Notes under the pieces: generated by a model
Seen by the model: the letters and a program-made list of their open reading frames with translations, nothing else
Database searches by the model: none
What the model was told of the DNA's origin: nothing
DNA from: a virus
Lineage: Duplodnaviria > Caudoviricetes
Length of the DNA stretch: 64,000 nucleotides
Reading direction: 5' to 3' (one strand)
IMG/VR virus record: IMGVR_UViG_3300013947_000019
Coordinates: 96,001-160,000 of that record
Translations under genes and position numbers: made by a program
Shown here: piece by piece, positions 41,159 through 51,294 of the stretch
Position numbering within the stretch: the first letter of the stretch is position 1
How the letters are laid out: each line of letters opens with the position of its first letter

Positions 41159-41376
41159 ATCAAGGCCTCACCTCCATAATATATAGAAGTTAGTGAAAAT
41201 GTGGAAAAAGAAACGGTTCTATATACAATTAAATATTCAAACATTAATATAAGCATTGTAGTCTGATAAACTGGACACTTATCAGACCGAGAGATGACTG
41301 AATAATGCTAAAAATGCTTGCGCAAGTATTTTTGTCTGTTCAAAAGAATAATCAACATAAGGAGGATTATTGAATT

Positions 41377-41940
41377 ATGAGTAAGTTCCTGAATGACCTC
41401 CGTGCATTTGCCAATCGTGAGGATGATGTGTTCACCAATGAGTCCACTGAGATCGATGGTTTCGATTTCGAGAACGATGAGCAGTTCATGCAGGAGTGCT
41501 ATGCTGCTTGCCTTCCTTCTATTATCCAGAATGAGCTCCTGGGTGAGTCCGCTGAGATGATGGATGAGGCTACCCGTGAGGCTTTTGTTCGTGTTGCTGA
41601 TTACCTGGAAGGCCAGGGTTATCTGCCCATGAGCGAGTCCACTAGTGTCACGCTGAACCAGAAGACCAATGTTATCCATATGGGTAAGGCTGCTACGATC
41701 GCTCGTCTGAAGTCTATTATCACCCTGAAGATGGCTCGTAAGGCTGGTGATCGTAAGTTCACCAAGTATAAGATGGGCTGCAAGATCAAGAAGGATAACA
41801 TGGCTGAGATGAAGAAGAAGTATGGTGATAAGGCTGAGCGCATTGCTAAGAAGCTGTATGCTCAGACTCAGAAGAACCATAAGGTTTCTGGTGCTGTTTC
41901 CGAGAAGAAGGAAGAGATCAAGGCTAATAAGAAGAAGTAA
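41377..41940 (+). CDS. Probable head protein with acidic N-terminus and basic C-terminus
   Basis: TNES, LGES and MSES sites; AACA-N6-TA at 41240; strong RBS. Confidence 0.55.
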   Translation: MSKFLNDLRAFANREDDVFTNESTEIDGFDFENDEQFMQECYAACLPSIIQNELLGESAEMMDEATREAFVRVADYLEGQGYLPMSESTSVTLNQKTNVIHMGKAATIARLKSIITLKMARKAGDRKFTKYKMGCKIKKDNMAEMKKKYGDKAERIAKKLYAQTQKNHKVSGAVSEKKEEIKANKKK

Positions 41941-42070
41941 TTAAATACTCCCGGGGTTATTCCTCGGGAGTTCTTCTTTTAGAAAAAAAAAGAAAATATC
42001 ATTGGAAAGGATGGGAGAGTAGAGGCGGGGGAACCTCTACTCTCCCTATACACGAGAGGCAATCGATTGA

Positions 42071-42862
42071 TTACTCCTCGGTATTCTTGTTATGATACTT
42101 CTTCTCGAGCTCAGCTTCCTTATCCTGCTCGATACTCTTCATGGTGACATTATCGTAGTGATTGATGACACGCTTGAAGATCTCGGTAGTGATCTCAACA
42201 GCATCATCGAGATCGACATTGGTCAGAGAACTGACAACAATGTCACCTACATGATGCATATACTCTTCAGGATCATCTGCAGTATCCAGACCAGCGATAA
42301 TCTTATCACTGATCTCATCCATGATTGCATCGGCATCGATGTCTTCCTTCTCTTCGACAGGATTCATCATATCCTTGAAGCAACCCCATGCGGAGTTCTG
42401 CAGAGCATCCAGATCGAAGTCTTCGATCATCTCCATCAGCGCTTCAGACATAGCCTCAGCACGAGAGCTGAGAAGCGCGGTCAGATCATCCAGCTCATCC
42501 TCATGCTTCTTGCAGAAAGCAACGATGTAGGGCAGGATGTCAGCCAGGAACTTCTTGTAGAAAGACAGAACCTTCAGAATGAGCTTGGTATCCATCTCCA
42601 CATTTACGGTGATATCATCCTTGCGGGCGATATACTCCATAGTGAAGTCCTTGTTGCCCATACCGCCAGAGGTTTCCAGCTTGTCCATAAAGGAGTCAAA
42701 GCTGGAGGACATGTTGAACATTTCAGCATATTCCTCATCGATCTGAGGCAGGACGGCATTCAGCACAGTCTTGGACAGGGCATTGAAAGAATCGCACAGG
42801 GACTTGATCTCGCTCTTGGTCATAGTAACAGAGTATTTCATAGTAATTCCTTTCCGGCTCAT
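42071..42862 (-). CDS. Acidic hypothetical protein, probably early
   Basis: GC-richer biased codons; promoter motif at 42964. Start may be MKYSV. Confidence 0.6.
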   Translation of the reverse strand: MSRKGITMKYSVTMTKSEIKSLCDSFNALSKTVLNAVLPQIDEEYAEMFNMSSSFDSFMDKLETSGGMGNKDFTMEYIARKDDITVNVEMDTKLILKVLSFYKKFLADILPYIVAFCKKHEDELDDLTALLSSRAEAMSEALMEMIEDFDLDALQNSAWGCFKDMMNPVEEKEDIDADAIMDEISDKIIAGLDTADDPEEYMHHVGDIVVSSLTNVDLDDAVEITTEIFKRVINHYDNVTMKSIEQDKEAELEKKYHNKNTEE

Positions 42863-43068
42863 TGGCCTAACCCTTTCGGGCTCTTTTGTTTATTTATCCA
42901 TCACAGGTAAATTTGATGGACTGATTATGTATTTTGATAGGTATTCTTTGTTCCTATCACAATTATAGTATATATCTCCACACCCTGTTAAAATCGGATT
43001 TTTAAATATGTATAAAATGATGCTTTTAAAGACAATATAATATAGTATTACAGTGGAGGTAATATGGT

Positions 43069-45234
43069 ATGAGTATGAATGGTATTCTGCCGATTAAAGA
43101 AGGTGGAATTGCAACAGTATTTAATGTGCTGGAATATAATCAATTTAAGCATCATGGTGATCATAAAGATAATGAACTTTTTATCACATATAGAGATGAA
43201 ACAGGAAAGAAAAATGTCCATCGGATTACAGAACCTCCGATGGAAATCTTTTTTGTAAAACCTGAATATAGAAAAACATTTTTAACACCAAGAGAATATT
43301 ATCCGATTGATAATGTATATCCTGCGAAGGTTCCTGCTCGAATGGTATTACGTAGAATTTATGATGAAATGAAAGTAATACCAGATCCAGTTGGTCAGAA
43401 GTTAGTTCAGGTATATAATAATGGAGTTACAACTGGTAATTCTCGAGTAAAGAAAGAAATCTTCAAATGGCCGTATGCATTATTTGGCGATATGTCAGTT
43501 GAAGATTATTATTGGGTTCAATTGGGTGTTCATTATGATTTATCTCATGGTGGTGTAATTGATAAAGTATTTGCCGATATCGAGAATGATATCTATGGAT
43601 TGAATTCATCTGAACAAGCAATGAATCTAGATCCGGTAAATGCTGTAACATTGATTTTTAATTTTGATCAAAAGAGTCAATGGTCGAAACTTGGCATTCA
43701 AGTATTCACTTTTTTATTAAAGGATTTTAAGAGATATCCTCAACAAGAAAAGTTTGTAAAGAACTTGGATGATTTTTATGCAGAATGTCATAAGTGTTTT
43801 GATGTTCAGACTGTTATTAAGAAAGGTAAGAAGAAAGATGTTCACACAAAAGCTGAATATCATATTGTAATGTGTGAAACAGAAGATGATCTTTTGAAGA
43901 ATGTATTTAATACAATTAATAAATTTAAACCTGATTTGTGTGAATTCTGGAATATGCCGTACGATATGCCGAAGATGAAAGCTCGTATGGAGATTCTTGG
44001 AATGGATCCGGTAGAAATTATGTCTGATAAGGATTTCTTTCCAAGAGATTGTCAGTATGTAGACTTTCATATGGATAATCGTCCGATTGATATTGCAGAG
44101 CGTAATAGTTATATTCGTATGACTTCTACAACTCAGTATATCGATCAGATGCAGAATTATGCGGGTATTCGTAAAGGACGTAAAGCATATGGTTCAAATA
44201 AGTTAGATAATATTGCAAACATTGAACTTGGTATGGGTAAGTGGGATTTCCAAAAAGGCATCGATGTGACAAATGCTGCAATCTTGGATTATTGGAACTT
44301 TGTTCTGTATAATATTCGAGATGTTTGGTGTCAATATTTGATTGACTTTGTGACCAATGATACGATGTCTCTTGTATACGATATGAATCAGCATAATTGT
44401 CCGCTTCATCATCTGGTAAAGCAGACAAAGTATCAGAAACAAATTTATTATGCTGGATATCTGAGAAGAGGATTTGTTCCAGGTCATAATATCAATGTAA
44501 ACTATACAGAGTTTGCAAATGAGGAAGAAGCTGAGAAAGTAGAAGAAGCTCGTAAACGGAAAGCTCTTCGAATGGCTTTGGATAAGTTAAATCTGGATGA
44601 AGACGATATTGATGTTTCTTTGTTAGAAGGTATTGAGTCAGTAGATGATTTGGTTACCAGTATTGGTGAAGATAGTATATCTAATTCCGATAATAATGAT
44701 GATGAAACATCTGAAGCAGCTAAAACGGAAGCAGCAAATGCATATGATGAAAATCTAGCAATCTTTGAAGATAGTCCAAATCGTAAGTTACCATTACCTG
44801 GTGGTCTAGTTGGTAATCCAGATAATAACTTTGCAAATGGTGCAGAGTTAATTGATGGTATTCCGAGTAAGCATGTTTTTGATGAGGTAATGGATGAAGA
44901 CTACGCATCTGAGTATCCTTGGGCAAAGTTTACAAGATCACTATCTCGTTCTACTCAGATTGGTAGGTTAATTATTCCTCATAAAGTCAGTAAATATCAG
45001 AATCTGTTACCACTTGGTCAGATTAAACGAAAGGAAGATACAAAGTATTATATCTCTGGTGCAGAATTTACTGGAGATTATCTTTCTCAGGATTATCTAT
45101 CTCTTGGTGCAGCATGGTTTAATCTTCCATTGTCAGATGAATGTGGTGATATTGTTGACATGATGTTGGAAGGTAATTCTCTTGATGAAGCTTTGAAGAA
45201 AGTTGAAGAAAAAGACGGACAGGACTCGAAATGA
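43069..45234 (+). CDS. Family B DNA polymerase subunit with 3'-5' exonuclease and motif A
   Basis: ExoI FADIEND, ExoII WNMPYD, SNKLDNIA, ExoIII YNIRDV, and motif A-like DEDYASEYP. Confidence 0.85.
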   Translation: MSMNGILPIKEGGIATVFNVLEYNQFKHHGDHKDNELFITYRDETGKKNVHRITEPPMEIFFVKPEYRKTFLTPREYYPIDNVYPAKVPARMVLRRIYDEMKVIPDPVGQKLVQVYNNGVTTGNSRVKKEIFKWPYALFGDMSVEDYYWVQLGVHYDLSHGGVIDKVFADIENDIYGLNSSEQAMNLDPVNAVTLIFNFDQKSQWSKLGIQVFTFLLKDFKRYPQQEKFVKNLDDFYAECHKCFDVQTVIKKGKKKDVHTKAEYHIVMCETEDDLLKNVFNTINKFKPDLCEFWNMPYDMPKMKARMEILGMDPVEIMSDKDFFPRDCQYVDFHMDNRPIDIAERNSYIRMTSTTQYIDQMQNYAGIRKGRKAYGSNKLDNIANIELGMGKWDFQKGIDVTNAAILDYWNFVLYNIRDVWCQYLIDFVTNDTMSLVYDMNQHNCPLHHLVKQTKYQKQIYYAGYLRRGFVPGHNINVNYTEFANEEEAEKVEEARKRKALRMALDKLNLDEDDIDVSLLEGIESVDDLVTSIGEDSISNSDNNDDETSEAAKTEAANAYDENLAIFEDSPNRKLPLPGGLVGNPDNNFANGAELIDGIPSKHVFDEVMDEDYASEYPWAKFTRSLSRSTQIGRLIIPHKVSKYQNLLPLGQIKRKEDTKYYISGAEFTGDYLSQDYLSLGAAWFNLPLSDECGDIVDMMLEGNSLDEALKKVEEKDGQDSK

Positions 45235-45272
45235 GTCCTGTCTATCTTTAAAAAGGAGGAAAGCAAACAGCT

Positions 45273-46007
45273 ATGAAGCTGAAACCATTTATAGAGTTGT
45301 TACGCAGAGCGACTAAGTCAAAGTATACAAAGTTTCTGATGAGAGATAGAATGATCATGGGTTGTTATTCTGTAGATGATGATTCTGATATTGGGTTGCA
45401 TTATATTCTATATATACCAGAAGCAGAAGAGTATAATGATTCATTCTATGACATGACTTTGATCATAGAACCAAAAGAATTATTAGCCATGTATACTCGT
45501 GGTCATGCTGGGTTATTAGAAGCAAAAAAGAAAGTAAAAGCAAAACCAAAAGATGTAAAAGAAGAACTTCATATACGTGAAACATCAGATGGATTACGTT
45601 TGTGTATGATGTTTACTTGTTGTGATGAAGTGATAGGTACTGAGGTGATTAATCTTGAATATCCAGTGAGTAGTCAGTCTCCTGTGGTAGAAAATATTTG
45701 TACTACATATCAGAGAATGCTGGAATATATTAATGCTGGGGGTGTAGGAATAGCTTTTGACGCAAATCGATATAATTTATATCAGATTGCTGTAAAGTCT
45801 CCACAGATTTATTTCTTTAAGATTGACATTCGCGGAGAACGAATTAAGATACCTATTTATAAATCAATGCTTCAAAGTATGTCAGACCCAGATGAATTTT
45901 ATCTATTGGTAGAGCAAACTTGTATTGATCATTTATGGGTATATGCTATCCAGCTAACTAATAAAGGACTAACTGAGCAATACATTGGGTATATTCAGAA
46001 TTTCTAA
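45273..46007 (+). CDS. Hypothetical protein
   Basis: RBS aaggagg. Confidence 0.6.
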   Translation: MKLKPFIELLRRATKSKYTKFLMRDRMIMGCYSVDDDSDIGLHYILYIPEAEEYNDSFYDMTLIIEPKELLAMYTRGHAGLLEAKKKVKAKPKDVKEELHIRETSDGLRLCMMFTCCDEVIGTEVINLEYPVSSQSPVVENICTTYQRMLEYINAGGVGIAFDANRYNLYQIAVKSPQIYFFKIDIRGERIKIPIYKSMLQSMSDPDEFYLLVEQTCIDHLWVYAIQLTNKGLTEQYIGYIQNF

Positions 46008-46021
46008 ATGGAGTAAAGTTT

Positions 46022-46114
46022 ATGGATAATAATGAATTTAAATTTATTGCTATAGTAGCATTCTTTATTACTGGATTTCTGTTATGTATCTATCGGATCT
46101 CTAATATTATTTAA
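46022..46114 (+). CDS. 30-aa membrane peptide, not in the ORF track
   Basis: ggag RBS; MDNNEFKFIAIVAFFITGFLLCIYRISNII. Confidence 0.5.
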   Translation: MDNNEFKFIAIVAFFITGFLLCIYRISNII

Positions 46115-46128
46115 GAAAGGAGATACAT

Positions 46129-46422
46129 ATGCCACAGTTATCATTTGATGCTCGATGTAAAAATTTTGAGCCTATTTGTGAGTCAAAGTCTCCAGATATT
46201 CGAGAAGCTATCACAAACTACTGTAAAGAAAATGATATTACAATATCAGCATTCGCTAAACTTACTTATGTAAATCTTGTTCGACTTCAATCTTTTATGA
46301 AAGGATTGATCAATATTGATAAGTTTGAGTTTGGTGAATTGATGAGAATCTTAATAATCTGCGAGAGAAATAGAGGTTTATTTTTAGATTTATATCATGC
46401 TGGAAGTACTGGTATATTATAA
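46129..46422 (+). CDS. Small protein, possible helix-turn-helix
   Basis: ITISAFAKLTYVNLVRLQSFMKG resembles an XRE-type HTH. Confidence 0.45.
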   Translation: MPQLSFDARCKNFEPICESKSPDIREAITNYCKENDITISAFAKLTYVNLVRLQSFMKGLINIDKFEFGELMRILIICERNRGLFLDLYHAGSTGIL

Positions 46423-46568
46423 AAAGAAAAGGAAGACGGGAGAGGCAATATGCCTCTCCCATCTTCTTCCACTTTAAAAGGAGTAATACGTATGGAAAAC
46501 AACATCCATTCCGTCATCACTGAACGCAAACTTCCGTTCCCCAGCAAAAGTATGCATCTATATACATG

Positions 46569-48812
46569 TTACCAACTGTAGAGATTACTCCAATCATCTC
46601 CACCACCAACATTAACACCCATCTGGCCATATGCAGGATCTACAAAGGTATTAAGTAAATTTTCATTCATATCAGTGGAACGCATGGAGTAATAGTTCTT
46701 CATAATAAGACGTTGCGTAGAATCGGGTATACTCTCAATAGCTGATAAAGTTGGATCTTCATCCAGATCAATACCTTCTATTTGATCTAGTGCTCGATAA
46801 TATTCAGCACGTTCACGTTCTGCAAGAGAAGAACTTGTTTCACAAGGTTGTTCAGTACTCAAGAAGTCAACGAGTCGATCTTCTTCATTTTCTTCTCTAT
46901 GATCAATAATGATTCGTTTAGCATTTCTCCAGGAATCACGAGTATCATATTTCTCAACATCATCATCTTCACCTTCAGTGATTGTCCAATAGATACCCTT
47001 ATTCTTTAAACCAGTACCATAACGTACCACCCACAGAATACCAAGATATGCCATTGTACAGTCATCGTGTGTAGAAGCAGAGTGATCAATACGACCATTC
47101 CGGAGTTCCATATACCGAATCTCTTCATAGAGTTCAGGGAATGCTACATGAGATGGAGAATTATGAACAATATTCTCCAACATTTCCATCATCTGTGCAC
47201 GAGAAGTAGGATTGGTATTATGACCATATTCCAATACTTCTTTATGCTTCTTCTTGGTAGCAGCATTGACACCCATGTCAATCTCTTTCTTCTTACGTTC
47301 CTTATACAGAACTCGTCCAACGGCTGTATCTCGTAGATGATCAATTAATGGTTTACCAACCGAGTTATTTTCGATCGTTAAGACACAGTTAGGATATACC
47401 TTCGTAACCAATGTAATTAATAGTTTCTTTAATTGGTCAGAAGGGATCATATTGGATTTAAAGAAAGCAATGGGCATTAATGTTTCAGGATGTACCACAA
47501 CCACTGCAGTACTATCTCGACCAAGACCACCAGAAACGTCGACACCGATTAACACTGGCTTACGACCATGATATTCTTGATAGATATTCAGATTGAAGTA
47601 TTTATTGATCTTGACTACTTCTGCAGTACCACGACGCTGCATAGACAGATCACCAATAACTTCAATATCATCTGGGTCAAATGGAGAGTTACCATTAGAG
47701 TTAATCCACTCAAGCAGATACTCACGACGTGCACGAATCGGATTATTCATCTTCTTAGCACGATCTAAATACCAATCATCAGTTTCACCGAGCTGTAGGT
47801 GCGAGAACTGAATAAATACGAAACCAGTTTTATCCGGTGTATTATAAATAATATCATAGAGTTTCTTTCTCTTCCAAGTATACATCTCTTCCTGGAAAGG
47901 AATAGAATCTTCCATCATCTTATATGCAAATGCTCCATGTGGTGTAGCTAAATCGCCAGGAGTGGTGGTAATACTAATTGCATATGGTGTCTGGTTCTTT
48001 TCAGAAATTTCTCGAGCTTTTTCGTATGCAGGCGTAGATGCACCATACATCGCTTCATTAAAGAATATGAAGGCCAACTCGTCCCACCAAATCTTAGATG
48101 CAGTTTTACCACGGGCCATAGAGTCTGCTTTGGCTTCGTTACCGGCAGATGCCATAGCTTCAATCGTTGCATTAATGGTGTTTCGAATTGTCTTTTCATT
48201 ATTCTTCACTCGGCGTTTTTCAGAAGGATCAAGTTGATCGATATTAGAGTGCTGCATGTACATAGGCAGCATCTTAATAGCATCAGAAATACGTCTGACG
48301 TTCATATTAGCATCAGATTGGTTTTTATTAAAGTGTAAGATATTAGAACCACGTACAAACTGATGTGTCCATACACAGTCAGCAATAGCAGCCCAAGTTT
48401 TACCAGTCTGTCGAGGCATAATTAAATAGGCAGAAATATTTAAACTCATTGCCCATAGGTATGCCAGGTTACCACGGTTCAATAAGAAAGGAGAACCACC
48501 ACCAACTTCAGTGGAGGCACCAGATTCAGAGACTCTGAATATTTCTCGATAGAAGTACCATCTGTTTTCTGCACATTCCCGGAATATCATGAAGCGTTCT
48601 TCGTCTGTGATATCCGGATCATAGGGATCTACTCCCTGCAGCTTTTTATTATTTAATCCAAGGAAAAAGAAATTATCAATACCTTCCTGATAAAGCACTG
48701 CAGCGATCTTAATAAACGATTTATTTTTCGTTTTAAGGTCGACATAGTACTCAGTCAAGTATTGATTGTTTGACTGTTTAACCATGCCCATATGGAGTCT
48801 CACCCCTATCAT
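46569..48812 (-). CDS. Terminase large subunit
   Basis: MPRQTGKT, WWDELAF, ITTTP, IGVDVSGG, IENNSVG, HDDCTMA. Confidence 0.92.
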   Translation of the reverse strand: MIGVRLHMGMVKQSNNQYLTEYYVDLKTKNKSFIKIAAVLYQEGIDNFFFLGLNNKKLQGVDPYDPDITDEERFMIFRECAENRWYFYREIFRVSESGASTEVGGGSPFLLNRGNLAYLWAMSLNISAYLIMPRQTGKTWAAIADCVWTHQFVRGSNILHFNKNQSDANMNVRRISDAIKMLPMYMQHSNIDQLDPSEKRRVKNNEKTIRNTINATIEAMASAGNEAKADSMARGKTASKIWWDELAFIFFNEAMYGASTPAYEKAREISEKNQTPYAISITTTPGDLATPHGAFAYKMMEDSIPFQEEMYTWKRKKLYDIIYNTPDKTGFVFIQFSHLQLGETDDWYLDRAKKMNNPIRARREYLLEWINSNGNSPFDPDDIEVIGDLSMQRRGTAEVVKINKYFNLNIYQEYHGRKPVLIGVDVSGGLGRDSTAVVVVHPETLMPIAFFKSNMIPSDQLKKLLITLVTKVYPNCVLTIENNSVGKPLIDHLRDTAVGRVLYKERKKKEIDMGVNAATKKKHKEVLEYGHNTNPTSRAQMMEMLENIVHNSPSHVAFPELYEEIRYMELRNGRIDHSASTHDDCTMAYLGILWVVRYGTGLKNKGIYWTITEGEDDDVEKYDTRDSWRNAKRIIIDHREENEEDRLVDFLSTEQPCETSSSLAERERAEYYRALDQIEGIDLDEDPTLSAIESIPDSTQRLIMKNYYSMRSTDMNENLLNTFVDPAYGQMGVNVGGGDDWSNLYSW

Positions 48813-48892
48813 AGGTTATTACTTAATTATAGTTATGTTTCAGATAAATAAAAAGAAGCTTCCCTCTCCAATTAAGGAGAGGGTTGTATAAA

Positions 48893-50200
48893 TTACATTA
48901 TAGACAATAATTCCATTGATTTATTTATGGATTTTGTACAATTATACTTTTTGTTTTTCTTATCTATATATGGAAATGGGTTACTACGTTTAATTCTTTT
49001 CTTTAATATAATAAATCCGTCTTTATCTCTATTTTGTTTAGGTCTCAATTGAATAAATCCATTCTTATCTCGTTGTGTTGAATCATATGAACTTAATTTC
49101 ATAGATTCTTCTTTATTGATCTTTTTCAATGCTTTCTGATGAGCATTCTCTCCATTATGCGATGTTGCATATTGGCTATAAGCATACCATGATTGATGTG
49201 ATTCAAATGCTTTAATCATTTCTAATTTTCCGAATTTTACTAGCTGTAGTATCTTATTGGTTTTCTTTAGCATTCGATTGATATTCTTTTTCAATAACGA
49301 TATATCTACATCATGGGTTATATTATTATAAGTAAAATGAAATCCTAAATAAACTAATCCTTGTGAAAATGGATGAATATTTGATTTTGGGTTTAGCTTT
49401 AAGTTCAAATTATCTTCAATAAATTTTCTAATCTCTTTTATACAATATTGTAAATAATTCTTATCCTTATGTATAATATAAAAATTATCCATATATCTCC
49501 CATAATATTTTATATGTAATTTTTCTTTTATAAAATGATCAAGTGAGTTTAAATAATAAACAGCTAGCCATTGAGATGTTTGAAACCCTATACAGATTCC
49601 CTTATCTGATCCATCATATTCACCAATAGCATATACTTGTTTTCTAATGAGTTCTATGCACTGATCATCAATTGGAAGTTTCTTTATTTGATTCATACAG
49701 ATCTCTCTGTCTATCTCATAGAAATAATGATGTATATCACCTGAAAATATCCAACCATCATTATTCCAATTACATTCTGTTGCTGCGTAAGATCTCATAA
49801 AATGTGATAATCTATCTAATGCTAATTTAGACCCTTTACCAGGTTGACTAGCGTAATTATCATATATTAATTTTGGGCTTATAATAGGCTCTAATATTTT
49901 AGTGCAAGCAACTCGATGTATAATTTTATCTTCAAACTGATTTGCAGTAATATTTCTTTTCTTAGGTTCATAAATTATAAAAGAATATAGTTTCTTAATT
50001 TTATAAGTATTCTCCATAAGTTGTTTACAGATATCATATGATTTAGAAAATATATCAGTATGAAATTCTGCAGTAGTATGCTGACCTTTCTTTCCATTCT
50101 CTACATAATATGCACTACTTAATATATTAGAAAACCTCATAGCATCACTGAAGTCTATAAATTTTTTATCTTTATTCTTTTTCTTTTTATTCTTACTCAT
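48893..50200 (-). CDS. DGR reverse transcriptase with YMDN in place of YMDD
   Basis: YEPKKR, DKIIHR, GDIHHYF, GICIGFQTSQ (DGR-type SQ), YGRYMDNF, YLGF; adjacent to TR and avd. Confidence 0.9.
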   Translation of the reverse strand: MSKNKKKKNKDKKFIDFSDAMRFSNILSSAYYVENGKKGQHTTAEFHTDIFSKSYDICKQLMENTYKIKKLYSFIIYEPKKRNITANQFEDKIIHRVACTKILEPIISPKLIYDNYASQPGKGSKLALDRLSHFMRSYAATECNWNNDGWIFSGDIHHYFYEIDREICMNQIKKLPIDDQCIELIRKQVYAIGEYDGSDKGICIGFQTSQWLAVYYLNSLDHFIKEKLHIKYYGRYMDNFYIIHKDKNYLQYCIKEIRKFIEDNLNLKLNPKSNIHPFSQGLVYLGFHFTYNNITHDVDISLLKKNINRMLKKTNKILQLVKFGKLEMIKAFESHQSWYAYSQYATSHNGENAHQKALKKINKEESMKLSSYDSTQRDKNGFIQLRPKQNRDKDGFIILKKRIKRSNPFPYIDKKNKKYNCTKSINKSMELLSIM

Positions 50201-50452
50201 TAGGTTTTATAACTCCTTAAAACTGTTTTTGAAAAAGAATTGCCCACCCTGGTCCACAGGGTGAGTGTCTCTAATCAGATAAATTACTCTAAGTTTTAAT
50301 TAAATAAAACTACGATACATCTATCTGTGCCGGGTACATTCTCCGAATATGAAATTCGGATAGGATGTAGTCTCCTTAGTTCTTTCGGACGCATTTCATC
50401 TTAACCAGCAATGGGTTTCAATTACTTTTTCTGCCTACTTAAATGAACCAAT

Positions 50453-50545
50453 CGGGCGAAACCCATTGCTATTGCTAGGGTTGTTGTTGTTGATCGTTCC
50501 ATCACTGTTCACATTGTAAACATTGCTGCTACTGTTAGGAGACGA
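50453..50545 (-). repeat. DGR template repeat (TR)
   Basis: 93-bp match to 51325-51417 with 15 mismatches, all at TR adenines; AAC/AAT-rich. Confidence 0.97.
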
Positions 50546-50576
50546 AACTAACAGACTACATCCTTTATTACAATGT

Positions 50577-51122
50577 TTACAACTTCTTTATTAATGTATA
50601 AAACCCTTCAGAATCTCTATAGTAATCACCTAAGGAAACAATTTCATTAAGTTTAGTTATTTTATATTGAAGCATATCATGTTTACGCTTCTTATAGTAT
50701 TCTTTCTTAGTTGGATAACTATTAAATTTAGATTTTATATTGCTATAGTATGCTTGTAAACTTTTAGTTAATTCGCTATATAATCTAGCATATTCTTCAG
50801 GATTTTTAAGTGTAATAATACTATTCGTAACAATCATCAATGCTCCTAAATGTCTAGCCATATCTATAGAATATTCTATCTTCTTAAGTTTCTTTTTTAA
50901 TTCTTTAAGATAATTAGGATGCATATTTGCTGCTTCAATTATACTTGTTTCTAACTCAAGTGCAGTATTATGAAGTTTCTGAACTAAATCATATCTATAT
51001 CTTTTTGGAAATACATTATCATTATTTGTAATTAAAAAGATATACTTTGTTAATGCTTCTGCTTTAAATACAACTGCAATTGGATTTTTCTTTCTTTTCA
51101 TTTGTATACTAGATCTTCCCAT
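50577..51122 (-). CDS. avd: DGR accessory variability determinant (Avd-like)
   Basis: FPKRYRYDLVQKLHNTALEL..IIEAAN helical-bundle pattern, basic, located between target gene and TR. Confidence 0.85.
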   Translation of the reverse strand: MGRSSIQMKRKKNPIAVVFKAEALTKYIFLITNNDNVFPKRYRYDLVQKLHNTALELETSIIEAANMHPNYLKELKKKLKKIEYSIDMARHLGALMIVTNSIITLKNPEEYARLYSELTKSLQAYYSNIKSKFNSYPTKKEYYKKRKHDMLQYKITKLNEIVSLGDYYRDSEGFYTLIKKL

Positions 51123-51152
51123 AAAAATTACTCCTTTTAAAAATATTTAAAT

Positions 51153-51289
51153 AATATATGATAGACGATATACAGGATTTTTAATATCCTATATAAACGT
51201 CTATCATATATTCAAAAATAAATTATAGCTTCAATTAACGATTATTACGCTATCTGGCGGGCAATGACTTACGCATTTGCCTTGATAGC
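51153..51289. repeat. Two hairpins downstream of the DGR target gene
   Basis: 15-bp perfect arms 51153-51167/51198-51212; imperfect GC-richer stem 51249-51289. Confidence 0.65.
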
Positions 51290-51294
51290 TTCAT

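Noticed and set aside
48893-50200. RT as a retron, group II intron or Abi RT
   Set aside because: The TR/VR pair, Avd and SQ motif identify a DGR.
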